64,000 nt of DNA from the NCBI RefSeq assembly GCF_009914755.1, contig NC_060948.1. One strand, 5' to 3'. A program made the translations under genes and the position numbers. How positions within the stretch are numbered: the stretch's first letter is position 1; each line of letters starts with the position of its first letter. Below, one piece after another: positions 43,158 to 56,800 of the stretch. The DNA is from the human T2T-CHM13v2.0 reference genome, Homo sapiens. Under the pieces are notes generated by a model. That model did no database searches and was not told the DNA's origin. It was given only the letters and a program-made list of their open reading frames with translations.

Positions 43158-46100
43158 ATGGAGTCAAATGGAATGGTCTGGAATGGAATGAACACGAATG
43201 TAATGCAATCCAATAGAATGGAATCGAATGGCATGGAATATAAAGAAATGGATACGAAGAGAATGGAAACAAATGGAATGGAATTGCATGGAATGGAATT
43301 GAATGGAATGGGAACGAATGGAGTGAAATTGTATGCAGTAGAAGGGAATAGAATGGAATGCAAGCGAAAGGAAAGGAATGGATTGGAATGGAATGGAATT
43401 CATTGGAATGGAAGGGAATGTAGTGTAATGGACAGGCCTGGAATAAAGTGGAATGCTACGGTCTCGAATGGAATAAAAATGTATGGAATGGAATGCAATG
43501 AAACGGAATCGAATGTCATAGAATGTAATGGAATGCAACAAAATGGAATCCAAAATCATTGACTGGAAAGGCTGGGTGTCGAAAGGAATTGACTCCAATG
43601 GAATGGAATCGAATGGAATGGAAGTGAATAGAATCGAACTAAATCGAATGGAATGGAATTGATAGGAACGGAATGGAAAGGAATGCAATGATTTGGCATG
43701 GAATGGAATCGAATGGCATCGAATGGAATGGAATGGAATGCAATGGAATGGAATGTATTAGAATGTAATGAACTTTAATGGAATGTACTCGAATGGATTC
43801 GACTGGAATGGAATGTTCTGGAAGTGAATGGACTCCAATGGAATGGATTCAAAAGGAATGGAATCGTACGGAATGGAATCTAATGGAATGGAATTAAATG
43901 GAAATGAATCAAATTGAATAGCACGGAATTGAATTGAATGGAATGGAATGCAATGGAATCTAATGAAACGGAAAGGAAAGGAATGGAATGGAATGGAATG
44001 GGCTGGAATGGAAAGGAATCGAAACGAATGGAATGGAATCGAACTGAAGAGACTGGAATGGAATGCACTGGAATGGAAGGGAGTGTAATGGAAGGTTCTC
44101 GAAAAAAATGGAATCGAATGGAATGGAATTGAATGGAACGGAATAGAGTCGAATGGAATTGAATGGAATGGAATGGACTAGAGTGAAATGGAATCGAACC
44201 ACAAGGAATGGAGAGGAATAGAATGGTCTCGAATTGAATGGAATCATATGGAATGGCATCAAACGGAATGGAATGGACAGCCACGGAATGGAATGCACTC
44301 GAATGCAATGGAGTCGAAACTAATGGACTGGAATAGAATGGACTGGACTGGTACGGACTCCGATGGAATGGAATCGAATGGAAGGGAATCGAACGGAATG
44401 GACTCGAAGGGAAAAGACTGCAATGGAAAGGTCTCGAATGGAATGGAAATTAATGGAATGGAATGGAATCGAATGAAATGGAGTCAAAAGGAATGGAATC
44501 GAATGGCAAGAAATAGAATGTAATGGAATCGCAAGGAATTGATGTGAACGGAACGGAATGGAATGGAATCCAAAGGAATGGAATAGAATGGAATGGAATC
44601 GAATGGAAAGGACTCGAATGGAAATCACTCGAATAGAATGCAATTTAATATAATAGGATCAAATATAATGGAATGGAATGGAAAGGAATCGAAACGAAAG
44701 GAATGGAGACAGATGGAATGGAATAGAACAGAGAGCAATGGTATAGAATGGAATGGAATCATCTGGAATGGAATTGAATGGAATGGAATAATATGAAATG
44801 GAATGGAATGGAATGGAATGGAATGCCCTTGAATTAAATGGACTGGAATGGAATGGACTCGAACAGAGTGGAATGGAAAGTGTTGAGATAGAATGGAATG
44901 GACTCCTTTGGAATGGTGTAGTATGCAATGCAATCGACTGGCAGGGAATCAAAAGGAATGTAATCGAATGGATTGGACTGGAATGCAATGGACTCGAATA
45001 GATTGCAAACAGAATGCAAAGGAATGGAATGGAATAGTATGGAATGGAATGGAAAGGAATGGAGTGGAAAGGAATGGAGTGGAATAGACTAGAGTGGAAT
45101 GGAATGGACTGGAAAGCAATGGACTGGAATGGAACTTTCTTGAATGGACTGGAATCAAACGGAATGGAATGCAATGCAATCAAATGGCATGGAATAAAAT
45201 AGAATGAAAGAGAATCAAATGGAATTGAATCGAATGGAATCGAATGGATTGGAAAGGAATAGAATGGAATGGAATGGAATTGACTCAAATGGAATGGACT
45301 AGAATGGAATGGATTCGAATGGAAGGCAAAGGAATGGAATCTATTGGAATGGACTGTAATGGAATGGAATGGAAGGGATTGGAATGGACTCGAATGGAAT
45401 GGACTGCAATAGAAAGGATTCGAATGGAATGAAAAAGAATTGAATGGAATAGAACAGAATGGAATCAAATCGAATGAAATGGAATGGAATAGAAAGGAAT
45501 GGAATGAAATGGAATGGAAAGGATTCGAATGGAATGCAATCGAATGGAATGGAATCGAACGGAATGGAATAAAATGGAAGAAAACTGGCAAGAAATGGAA
45601 TCGAAATGAATGGAGTGTTATGGAACGGACTCAAAAGGAATTGAATGTAATAGAATGGAGTGGAGTGGACTCGAATATAATGGACTGGAATGGAATGAAA
45701 TCACATGGAATGGGAACGAATGGAATGGAATGGAAAGGAATGGAATCGAATGGAAAGGAATCGAATGGAAGGGAATGAAATTGAATCAACAGGAATGGAA
45801 GGGAATAGAATAGACGGTAATGGAATGGACTCGAATAGAATGGACACGAATGCTCAAATTGAATGGACTCGAATGGAATGGAAACGAAAGGAATGTCATC
45901 GAATGGAATTGAATCGATTGGAATGAAATCGCATAGAATGGAGTGGAATCAAATGGAATTGAATCGAAAGGAAAGGAAGCGAATGGACTGAAATGAAATG
46001 GAATGGAATTGAATGGAAAGTAATGCAATGGAATAGAATGGAACGAAATTTCACGGAATGGAATCAAACTGAATGGAATCAAATCAATGGAATCTAATCA

Positions 46101-46741
46101 AATGGAATGGAAAGGAATTGAATGGAGTAGATTGGATTGGATGGGATTGGAATGAAATGTACTGGAAAGGACTCGAATTTCATGAAACGGAATGGAATGA
46201 ATTGGAACGGAACGGACTCGAATGGAATGGAATGTCATGGAATGGCATCAAATGGAATGGCATCAAATGGAATGGAATCGAATGCAATGGAATGTTACGG
46301 AATGGAATGGAATGCATTGGAATGGAATGTCCTCTAATGGAATGGATTCGAGTGGAATGGAATCGAATATAATGGAGTCGAATGAAATGGAATTGAAAGG
46401 AATGGGATCGAATAGAATGGAATATACTGGAATGTAATGTAATGAACTCGAATGTAATTGACTGGAATGGAATGTACATGAATGGAAGGTAATCGAATGG
46501 AAAGTAATCCAATGGAATAGAATCTAATGCAATAAAATCGACTCAGATAGAGTAGAATGTAATGGAATGGAGTGCAGTGCAATGGAATGGAATGGAATTG
46601 AATGCAATGGAATGGAATGGAATGGAATGGAATGGAATGGAATGGAATGGAATGGGATGGAATGGTATGGAATGGATAGTAATGGACTGGAGTGAAATGG
46701 ACTGGAAAGGAATGGACTCAAATTGAAAGGGCTCGAAAGGA
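43158..46741 (+). repeat. DYZ1 unit U13, 3584 bp (longest)
   Basis: Landmark spacing; HaeIII 43435; 15-bp tandem duplication at 45051-45080. Confidence 0.92.
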
Positions 46742-49700
46742 ATGGAGTCAAATGGAATGGTCTGGAATGGAATGAACACGAATGTAATGCAATCCAATAG
46801 AATGGAATCGAATGGCATGGAATATAAAGAAATGGATTCGAAGAGAATGGAAACAAATGGAATGGAATTGAATGGAATGGAATTGAATGGAATGGGAACG
46901 AATGGAGTGAAATTGTATGCAGTAGAAGGGAATAGAATGGAATGCAAGCGAAAGGAAAGGAATGGATTGGAATGGAATGGAATTCATTGGAATGGAAGGG
47001 AATGTAGTGTAATGGACAGGCCTGGAATAAAGTGGAATGCTACGGTCTCGAATGGAATAAAAATGTATGGAATGGAATACAAAGAAACGGAATCGAATGT
47101 CATAGAATGTAATGGAATGCAACAAAATGGAATCCAAAATCATTGACTGGAAAGGCTGGGTGTCGAAAGGAATTGACTCCAATGGAATGGAATCGAATGG
47201 AATGGAAGTGAATAGAATCGAACTAAATCGAATGGAATGGAATTGATAGGAACGGAATGGAAAGGAATGCAATGATTTGGCATGGAATGGAATCGAATGG
47301 CATCGAATGGAATGGAATGGAATGCAATGGAATGGAATGTATTAGAATGTAATGAACTTTAATGGAATGTACTCGAATGGATTCGACTGGAATGGAATGT
47401 TCTGGAAGTGAATGGACTCCAATGGAATGGATTCAAAAGGAATGGAATCGTACGGAATGGAATCTAATGGAATGGAATTAAATGGAAATGAATCAAATTG
47501 AATAGCACGGAATTGAATTGAATGGAATGGAATGCAATGGAATCTAATGAAACGGAAAGGAAAGGAATGGAATGGAATGGAATGGGCTGGAATGGAAAGG
47601 AATCGAAACGAATGGAATGGAATCGAACTGAAGAGACTGGAATGGAATGCAATGGAATGGAATGCACTGGAATGGAAGGGAGTGTAATGGAAGGTTCTCG
47701 AAAAAAATGGAATCGAATGGAATGGAATTGAATGGAACGGAATAGAGTCGAATGGAATTGAATGGAATGGAATGGACTAGAGTGAAATGGAATCAAACCA
47801 CAAGGAATGGAGAGGAATAGAATGGTCTCGAATTGAATGGAATCGTATGGAATGGCATCAAACGGAATGGAATGGACAGCCACGGAATGGAATGCACTCG
47901 AATGCAATGGAGTCGAAACTAATGGACTGGAATAGAATGGACTCGACTGGTACGGACTCCAATGCAATGGAATCGAATGGAAGGGAATCGAACGGAATGG
48001 ACTCGAAGGGAAAAGACTGCAATGGAAAGGTCTCGAATGGAATGGAAATTAATGGAATGGAATGGAATGGAATGAAATGGAGTCAAAAGGAATGGAATCG
48101 AATGGCAAGAAATCGAATGTAATGGAATCGCAAGGAATTGATGTGAACGGAACGGAATGGAATGGAATCCAAAGGAATGGAATAGAATGGAATGGAATCG
48201 AATGGAAAGGACTCGAATGGAAATCACTCGAATAGAATGCAATTTAATAAAATAGGATCAAATGTAATGGAATGGAATGGAAAGGAATCGAAACGAAAGG
48301 AATGGAGACAGATGGAATGGAATAGAACAGAGAGCAATGGTATAGAATGGAATGGAATCATCTGGAATGGAATTGAATGGAATGGAATAATATGAAATGG
48401 AATGGAATGGAATGGAATGGAATGCCCTTGAATTAAATGGACTGGAATGGAATGGACTCGAACAGAGTGGAATGGAAAGTGTTGAGATAGAATGGAATGG
48501 ACTCCTTTGGAATGGTGTAGTATGCAATGCAATCGACTGGCAGGGAATCAAAAGGAATGTAATGGAATGGACTGGACTGGAATGCAATGGACTCGAATAG
48601 ATTGGAAACGGAATGCAAAGAAATGGAATGGAATAGTATGGAATGGAATGGAAAGGAATGGAGTGGAATAGACTAGAGTGGAATGGAATGGACTGGAAAG
48701 CAATGGACTGGAATGGAACTTTCTTGAATGGACTGGAATCAAACGGAATGGAATGCAATGCAATCAAATGGCATGGAATAAAATAGAATGAAAGAGAATC
48801 AAATGGAATTGAATCGAATGGAATCGAATGGATTGGAAAGGAATAGAATGGAATGGAATGGAATGGACTCAAATGGAATGGACTAGAATGGAATGGATTC
48901 GAATGGAAGGCAAAGGAATGGAATCTATTGGAATGGACTGTAATGGAATGGAATGGAAGGGATTGGAATGGACTCGAATGGAATGGACTGCAATAGAAAG
49001 GATTCGAATGGAATGAAAAAGAATTGAATGGAATAGAACAGAATGGAATCAAATCGAATGAAATGGAATGGAATAGAAAGGAATGGAATGAAATGGAATG
49101 GAAAGGATTCGAATGGAATGCAATCGAATGGAATGGAATCGAACGGAATGGAATAAAATGGAAGAAAACTGGCAAGAAATGGAATCGAAATGAATGGAGT
49201 GTTATGGAACGGACTCAAAAGGAATTGAATGTAATAGAATGGAGTGGAGTGGACTCGAATATAATGGACTGGAATGGAATGAAATCACATGGAATGGGAA
49301 CGAATGGAATGGAATGGAAAGGAATGGAATCGAATGGAAGGGAATGAAATTGAATCAACAGGAATGGAAGGGAATAGAATAGACGGTAATGGAATGGACT
49401 CGAATAGAATGGACACGAATGCTCAAATTGAATGGACTCGAATGGAATGGAAACGAAAGGAATGTCATCGAATGGAATTGAATCGATTGGAATGAAATCG
49501 CATAGAATGGAGTGGAATCAAATGGAATTGAATCGAAAGGAAAGGAAGCGAATGGACTGAAATGAAATGGAATGGAATTGAATGGAAAGTAATGCAATGG
49601 AATAGAATGGAACGAAATTTCACGGAATGGAATCAAACTGAATGGAATCAAATCAATGGAATCAAATCAAATGGAATGGAAAGGAATTGAATGGAGTAGA

Positions 49701-50305
49701 TTGGATTGGATGGGATTGGAATGAAATGTACTGGAAAGGACTCGAATTTCATGAAACGGAATGGAATGAATTGGAACGGAATGGACTCGAATGGAATGGA
49801 ATGTCATGGAATGGCATCAAATGGAACGGCATCAAATGGAATAGAATCGAATGCAATGGAATGCTATGGAATGGAATGGAATGCATTGGAATGGAATGTC
49901 CTCTAATGGAATGGATTCGAGTGGAATGGAATCGAATATAATGGAGTCGAATGAAATGGAATTGAAAGGAATGGGATCGAATACAATGGAATATACTGGA
50001 ATGTAACGTAATGAACTCGAATGTAATTGACTGGAATGGAATGTACATGAATGGAATGTAATCGAATGGAAAGTAATCCAATGGAATAGAATCTAATGCA
50101 ATAAAATCGACTCAGATAGAGTAGAATGTAATGGAATGGAGTTCAGTGCAATGGAATGGAATGGAATGGAATGCAATTGAATGGAATGGAATGGAATGGA
50201 ATGGAATGGAATGGAATGGGATGGAATGGTATGGAATGGATAGTAATGGACTGGAGTGAAATGGACTGGAAAGGAATGGACTCAAATTGAAAGGGCTCGA
50301 AAGGA
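46742..50305 (+). repeat. DYZ1 unit U14, 3564 bp (copy of U1)
   Basis: Landmark spacing; HaeIII 47019; shares the U1 15-bp insertion (47648-47662); private 15-bp deletion at ~49330. Confidence 0.92.
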
Positions 50306-53300
50306 ATGGAGTCAAATGGAATGGTCTGGAATGGAATGAACACGAATGTAATGCAATCCAATAGAATGGAATCGAATGGCATGGAATATAAAGAAATGGA
50401 ATCGGAGAGAATGGAAACAAATGGAATGGAATTGAATGGAATGGAATTGAATGGAATGGGAACGAATGGAGTGAAATTGTATGCAGTAGAAGGGAATAGA
50501 ATGGAATGCAAGCGAAAGGAAAGGAATGGATTGGAATGGAATGGAATTCATTGGAATGGAAGGGAATGTAGTGTAATGGACAGGCCTGGAATAAAGTGGA
50601 ATGCTACGGTCTCGAATGGGATAAAAATGTATGGAATGGAATGCAATGAAATGGAATCGAATGTCATAGAATGTAATGGAATGCAACAAAATGGAATCCA
50701 AAATCATTGACTGGAAAGGCTGGGTGTCGAAAGGAATTGACTCCAATGGAATGGAATCGAATGGAATGGAAGTGAATAGAATCGAACTAAATCGAATGGA
50801 ATGGAATTGATAGGAACGGAATGGAAAGGAATGCAATGATTTGGCATGGAATGGAATCGAATGGCATCGAATGGAATGGAATGGAATGCAATGGAATGGA
50901 ATGTATTAGAATGTAATGAACTTTAATGGAATGTACTCGAATGGATTCGACTGGAATGGAATGTTCTGGAAGTGAATGGACTCCAATGGAATGGATTCCA
51001 AAGGAATGGAATCGTACGGAATGGAATCTAATGGAATGGAATTAAATGGAAATGAATCAAATTGAATAGCACGGAATTGAATTGAATGGAATGGAATGCA
51101 ATGGAATCTAATGAAACGGAAAGGAAAGGAATGGAATGGAATGGAATGGGCTGGAATGGAAAGGAATCGAAACGAATGGAATGGAATCGAACTGAAGAGA
51201 CTGGAATGGAATGCACTGGAATGGAAGGGAGTGTAATGGAAGGTTCTCGAAAAAAATGGAATCGAATGGAATGGAATTGAATGGAACGGAATAGAGTCGA
51301 ATGGAATTGAATGGAATGGAATGGACTAGAGTGATATGGAATCGAACCACAAGGAATGGAGAGGAATAGAATGGTCTCGAATTGAATGGAATCGTATGGA
51401 GTGGCATCAAACGGAATGGAATGGACAGCCACGGAATGGAATGCACTCGAATGCAATGGAGTCGAAACTAATGGACTGGAATAGAATGGACTCGACTGGT
51501 ACGGACTCCAATGGAATGGAATCGAATGGAAGGGAATCGAACGGAATGGACTCGAAGGGAAAAGACTGCAATGGAAAGGTCTCGAATGGAATGGAAATTA
51601 ATGGAATGGAATGGAATCGAATGAAATGGAGTCAAAAGGAATGGAATCGAATGGCAACAAATCGAATGTAATGGAATCGCAAGGAATTGATGTGAAAGGA
51701 ACGGAATGGAATGGAATCCAAAGGAATGGAATAGAATGGAATGGAATCGAATGGAAAGGACTCGAATGGAAATCACTCGAATAGAATGCAATTTAATAAA
51801 ATAGGATCAAATGTAATGGAATGGAATGGAAAGGAATCGAAACGAAAGGAATGGAGACAGATGGAATGGAATGGAACAGAGAGCAATGGTATAGAATGGA
51901 ATGGAATCATCTGGAATGGAATTGAATGGAATGGAATAATATGAAATGGAATGGAATGGAATGGAATGGAATGCCCTTGAATTAAATGGACTGGAATGGA
52001 ATGGACTCGAACAGAGTGGAATGGAAAGTGTTGAGATAGAATGGAATGGACTCCTTTGGAATGGTGTAGTATGCAATGCAATCGACTGGCAGGGAATCAA
52101 AAGGAATGTAATGGAATGGACTGGACTGGAATGCAATGGACTCGAATAGATTGGAAACGGAATGCAAAGAAATGGAATGGAATAGTATGGAATGGAATGG
52201 AAAGGAATGGAGTGGAATAGACTAGAGTGGAATGGAATGGACTGGAAAGCAATGGACTGGAATGGAACTTTCTTGAATGGACTGGAATCAAACGGAATGG
52301 AATGCAATGCAATCAAATGGCATGGAATAAAATAGAATGAAAGAGAATCAAATGGAATTGAATCGAATGGAATCGAATGGATTGGAAAGGAATAGAATGG
52401 AATGGAATGGAATGGACTCAAATGGAATGGACTAGAATGGAATGGATTCGAATGGAAGGCAAAGGAATGGAATCTATTGGAATGGACTGTAATGGAATGG
52501 AATGGAAGGGATTGGAATGGACTCGAATGGAATGGACTGCAATAGAAAGGATTCGAATGGAATGAAAAAGAATTGAATGGAATAGAACAGAATGGAATCA
52601 AATCGAATGAAATGGAATGGAATAGAAAGTAATGGAATGAAATGGAATGGAAAGGATTCGAATGGAATGCAATCGAATGGAATGGAATCGAACGGAATGG
52701 AATAAAATGGAAGAAAACTGGCAAGAAATGGAATCGAAATGAATGGAGTGTTATGGAACGGACTCAAAAGGAATTGAATGTAATAGAGTGGAGTGGAGTG
52801 GACTCGAATATAATGGACTGGAATGGAATGAAATCACATGGAATGGGAACGAATGGAATGGAATGGAAAGGAATGGAATCGAATGGAAAGGAATCGAATG
52901 GAAGGGAATGAAATTGAATCAACAGGAATGGAAGGGAATAGAATAGACGGTAATGGAATGGACTCGAATAGAATGGACACGAATGCTGAAATGGAATGGA
53001 CTCGAATGGAATGGAAACGAAAGGAATGTCATCGAATGGAATTGAATCGATTGGAATGAAATCGCATAGAATGGAGTGGAATCAAATGGAATTGAATCGA
53101 AAGGAAAGGAAGCGAATGGACTGAAATGAAATGGAATGGAATTGAATGGAAAGTAACGCAATGGAATAGAATGGAACGAAATTTCACGGAATGGAATCAA
53201 ACTGAATGGAATCAAATCAATGGAATCAAATCAAATGGAATGGAAAGGAATTGAATGGAGTAGATTGGATTGGATGGGATTGGAATGAAATGTACTGGAA

Positions 53301-53879
53301 AGGACTCGAATTTCATGAAACGGAATGGAATGAATTGGAACGGAATGGACTCGAATGGAATGGAATGTCATGGAATGGCATCAAATGGAATGGCATCAAA
53401 TGGAATGGAATCGAATGCAATGGAATGCTATGGAATGGAATGGAATGCATTGGAATGGAATGTCCTCTAATGGAATGGATTCGAGTGGAATGGAATCGAA
53501 TATAATGGAGTCGAATGAAATGGAATTGAAAGGAATGGGATCGAATAGAATGGAATATACTGGAATGTAATGTAATGAACTCGAATGTAATTGACTGGAA
53601 TGGAATGTACATGAATGGAATGTAATCGAATGGAAAGTAATCCAATGGAATAGAATCTAATGCAATAAAACCGACTCAGATAGAGTAGAATGTAATGGAA
53701 TGGAGTGCAGTGCAATGGAAGGGAATGGAATTGAATGCAATGGAATGGAATGGAATGGAATGGAATGGAATGGAATGGAATGGAATGGAATGGGATGGAA
53801 TGGTATGGAATGGATAGTAATGGACTGGAGTGAAATGGACTGGAAAGGAATGGACTCAAATTGAAAGGGCTCGAAAGGA
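50306..53879 (+). repeat. DYZ1 unit U15, 3574 bp (copy of U2)
   Basis: Landmark spacing; HaeIII 50583; GGGATAAAAA variant shared with U2. Confidence 0.92.
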
Positions 53880-56800
53880 ATGGAGTCAAATGGAATGGTC
53901 TGGAATGGAATGAACACGAATGTAATGCAATCCAATAGAATGGAATCGAATGGCATGGAATATAAAGAAATGGAATCGAAGAGAATGGAAACAAATGGAA
54001 TGGAATTGAATGGAATGGAATTGAATGGAATGGGAACGAATGGAGTGAAATTGTATGCAGTAGAAGGGAATAGAATGGAATGCAAGCGAAAGGAAAGGAA
54101 TGGATTGGAATGGAATGGAATTCATTGGAATGGAAGGGAATGTAGTGTAATGGACAGGCCTGGAATAAAGTGGAATGCTACGGTCTCGAATGGAATAAAA
54201 ATGTATGGAATGGAATGCAATGAAACGGAATCGAATGTCATAGAATGTAATGGAATGCAAAAAAATGGACTCCAAAATCATTGACTGGAAAGGCTGGGTG
54301 TCGAAAGGAATTGACTCCAATGGAATGGAATCGAATGGAATGGAAGTGAATAGAATCGAACTAAATCGAATGGAATGGAATTGATAGGAACGGAATGGAA
54401 AGGAATGCAATGATTTGGCATGGAATGGAATCGAATGGCATCGAATGGAATGGAATGGAATGCAATGGAATGGAATGTATTAGAATGTAATGAACTTTAA
54501 TGGAATGTACTCGAATGGATTCGACTGGAATGGAATGTTCTGGAAGTGAATGGACTCCAATGGAATGGATTCCAAAGGAATGGAATCGTACGGAATGGAA
54601 TCTAATGGAATGGAATTAAATGGAAATGAATCAAATTGAATAGCACGGAATTGAATTGAATGGAATGGAATGCAATGGAATCTAATGAAACGGAAAGGAA
54701 AGGAATGGAATGGAATGGAATGGACTGGAATGGAAAGGAATCGAAACGAATGGAATGGAATCGAACTGAAGAGACTGGAATGGAATGCACTGTAATGGAA
54801 GGGAGTGTAATGGAAGGTTCTCGAAAAAAATGGAATCGAATGGAATGGAATTGAATGGAACGGAATAGAGTCGAATGGAATTGAATGGAATGGAATGGAC
54901 TAGAGTGAAATGGAATCGAACCACAAGGAATGGACATGAATAGAATGGTCTCGAATTGAATGGAATCGTATGGAATGGCATCAAACGGAATGGAATGGAC
55001 AGCCACGGAATGGAATGCACTCGAATGCAATGGAGTCGAAACTAATGGACTGGAATAGAATGGACTCGACTGGTACGGACTCCAATGGAATGGAATCGAA
55101 TGGAAGGGAATCGAACGGAATGGACTCGAAGGGAAAAGACTGCAATGGAAAGGTCTCGAATGGAATGGAAATTAATGGAATGGAATGGAATCGAATGAAA
55201 TGTAGTCAAAAGGAATGGAATCGTATGGCAAGAAATCGAATGTAATGGAATCACAAGGAATTGATGTGAACGGAACGGAATGGAATGGAATCCAAAGGAA
55301 TGGAATAGAATGGAATGGAATCGAATGGAAAGGACTCGAATGGAAATCACTCGAATAGAATGCAATTTAATAAAATAGGAACAAATGTAATGGAATGGAA
55401 TGAAAAGGAATCGAAACGAAAGGAATGGAGACAGATGGAATGGAATGGAACAGAGAGCAATGGTATAGAATGGAATGGAATCATCTGGAATGGAATTGAA
55501 TGGAATGGAATAATATGAAATGGAATGGAATGGAATGGAATGGAATGCCCTTGAATTAAATGGACTGGAATGGAATGGACTCGAACAGAGTGGAATGGAA
55601 AGTGTTGAGATAGAATGGAATGGACTCCTTTGGAATGGTGTAGTATGCAATGCAATCGACTGGCAGGGAATCAAAAGGAATGTAATCGAATGGATTGGAC
55701 TGGAATGCAATGGACTCGAATAGATTGGAAACGGGATGCAAAGGAATGGAATGGAATAGTATGGAATGGAATGGAAAGGAATGGAGTGGAATAGACTAGA
55801 GTGGAATGGAATGGACTGGAAAGCAATGGACTGGAATGGAACTTTCTTGAATGGACTGGAATCAAACGGAATGGAATGCAATGCAATCAAATGGCATGGA
55901 ATAAAATAGAATGAAAGAGAATCAAATGGAATTGAATCGAATGGAATCGAATGGATTGGAAAGGAATAGAATGGAATGGAATGGAATTGACTCAAATGGA
56001 ATGGACTAGAATGGAATGGATTCGAATGGAAGGCAAAGGAATGGAATCTATTGGAATGGCCTGTAATGGAATGGAATGGAAGGGATTGGAATGGACTCGA
56101 ATGGAATGGACTGCTATAGAAAGGATTCGAATGGAATGAAAAAGAATTGAATGGAATAGAACAGAATGGAATCAAATCGAATGAAATGGAATGGAATAGA
56201 AAGGAATGGAATGAAATGGAATGGAAAAGATTCGAATGGAATGCAATCGAATGGAATGGAATCGAACGGAATGGAATAAAATGGAAGAAAACTGGCAAGA
56301 AATGGAATCGAAATGAATGGAGTGTTATGGAACGGACTCAAAAGGAATTGAATGTAATAGAATGGAGTGGAGTGGACTCGAATATAATGGACTGGAATGG
56401 AATGAAATCACATGGAATGGGAACGAATGGAATGGAATGGAAAGGAATGGAATCGAATGGAAAGGAATCGAATGGAAGGGAATGAAATTGAATCAACAGG
56501 AATGGAAGGGAATAGAATAGACGGTAATGGAATGGACTCGAATAGAATGGACACGAATGCTCAAATTGAATGGACTCGAATGGAATGGAAACGAAAGGAA
56601 TGTCATCGAATGGAATTGAATCGATTGGAATGAAATCGCATAGAATGGAGTGGAATCAAATGGAATTGAATCGAAAGGAAAGGAAGCGAATGGACTGAAA
56701 TGAAATGGAATGGAATTGAATGGAAAGTAATGCAATGGAATAGAATGGAACGAAATTTCACGGAATGGAATCAAACTGAATGGAATCAAATCAATGGAAT

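Noticed and set aside
55042-56298. Longest ORF (418 aa, - strand), unique to U16
   Set aside because: It arises from one private T>A at 55381 (GGATCAAAT>GGAACAAAT) that removes a stop and fuses two artefact ORFs. Its duplicate partner U3 lacks the change.
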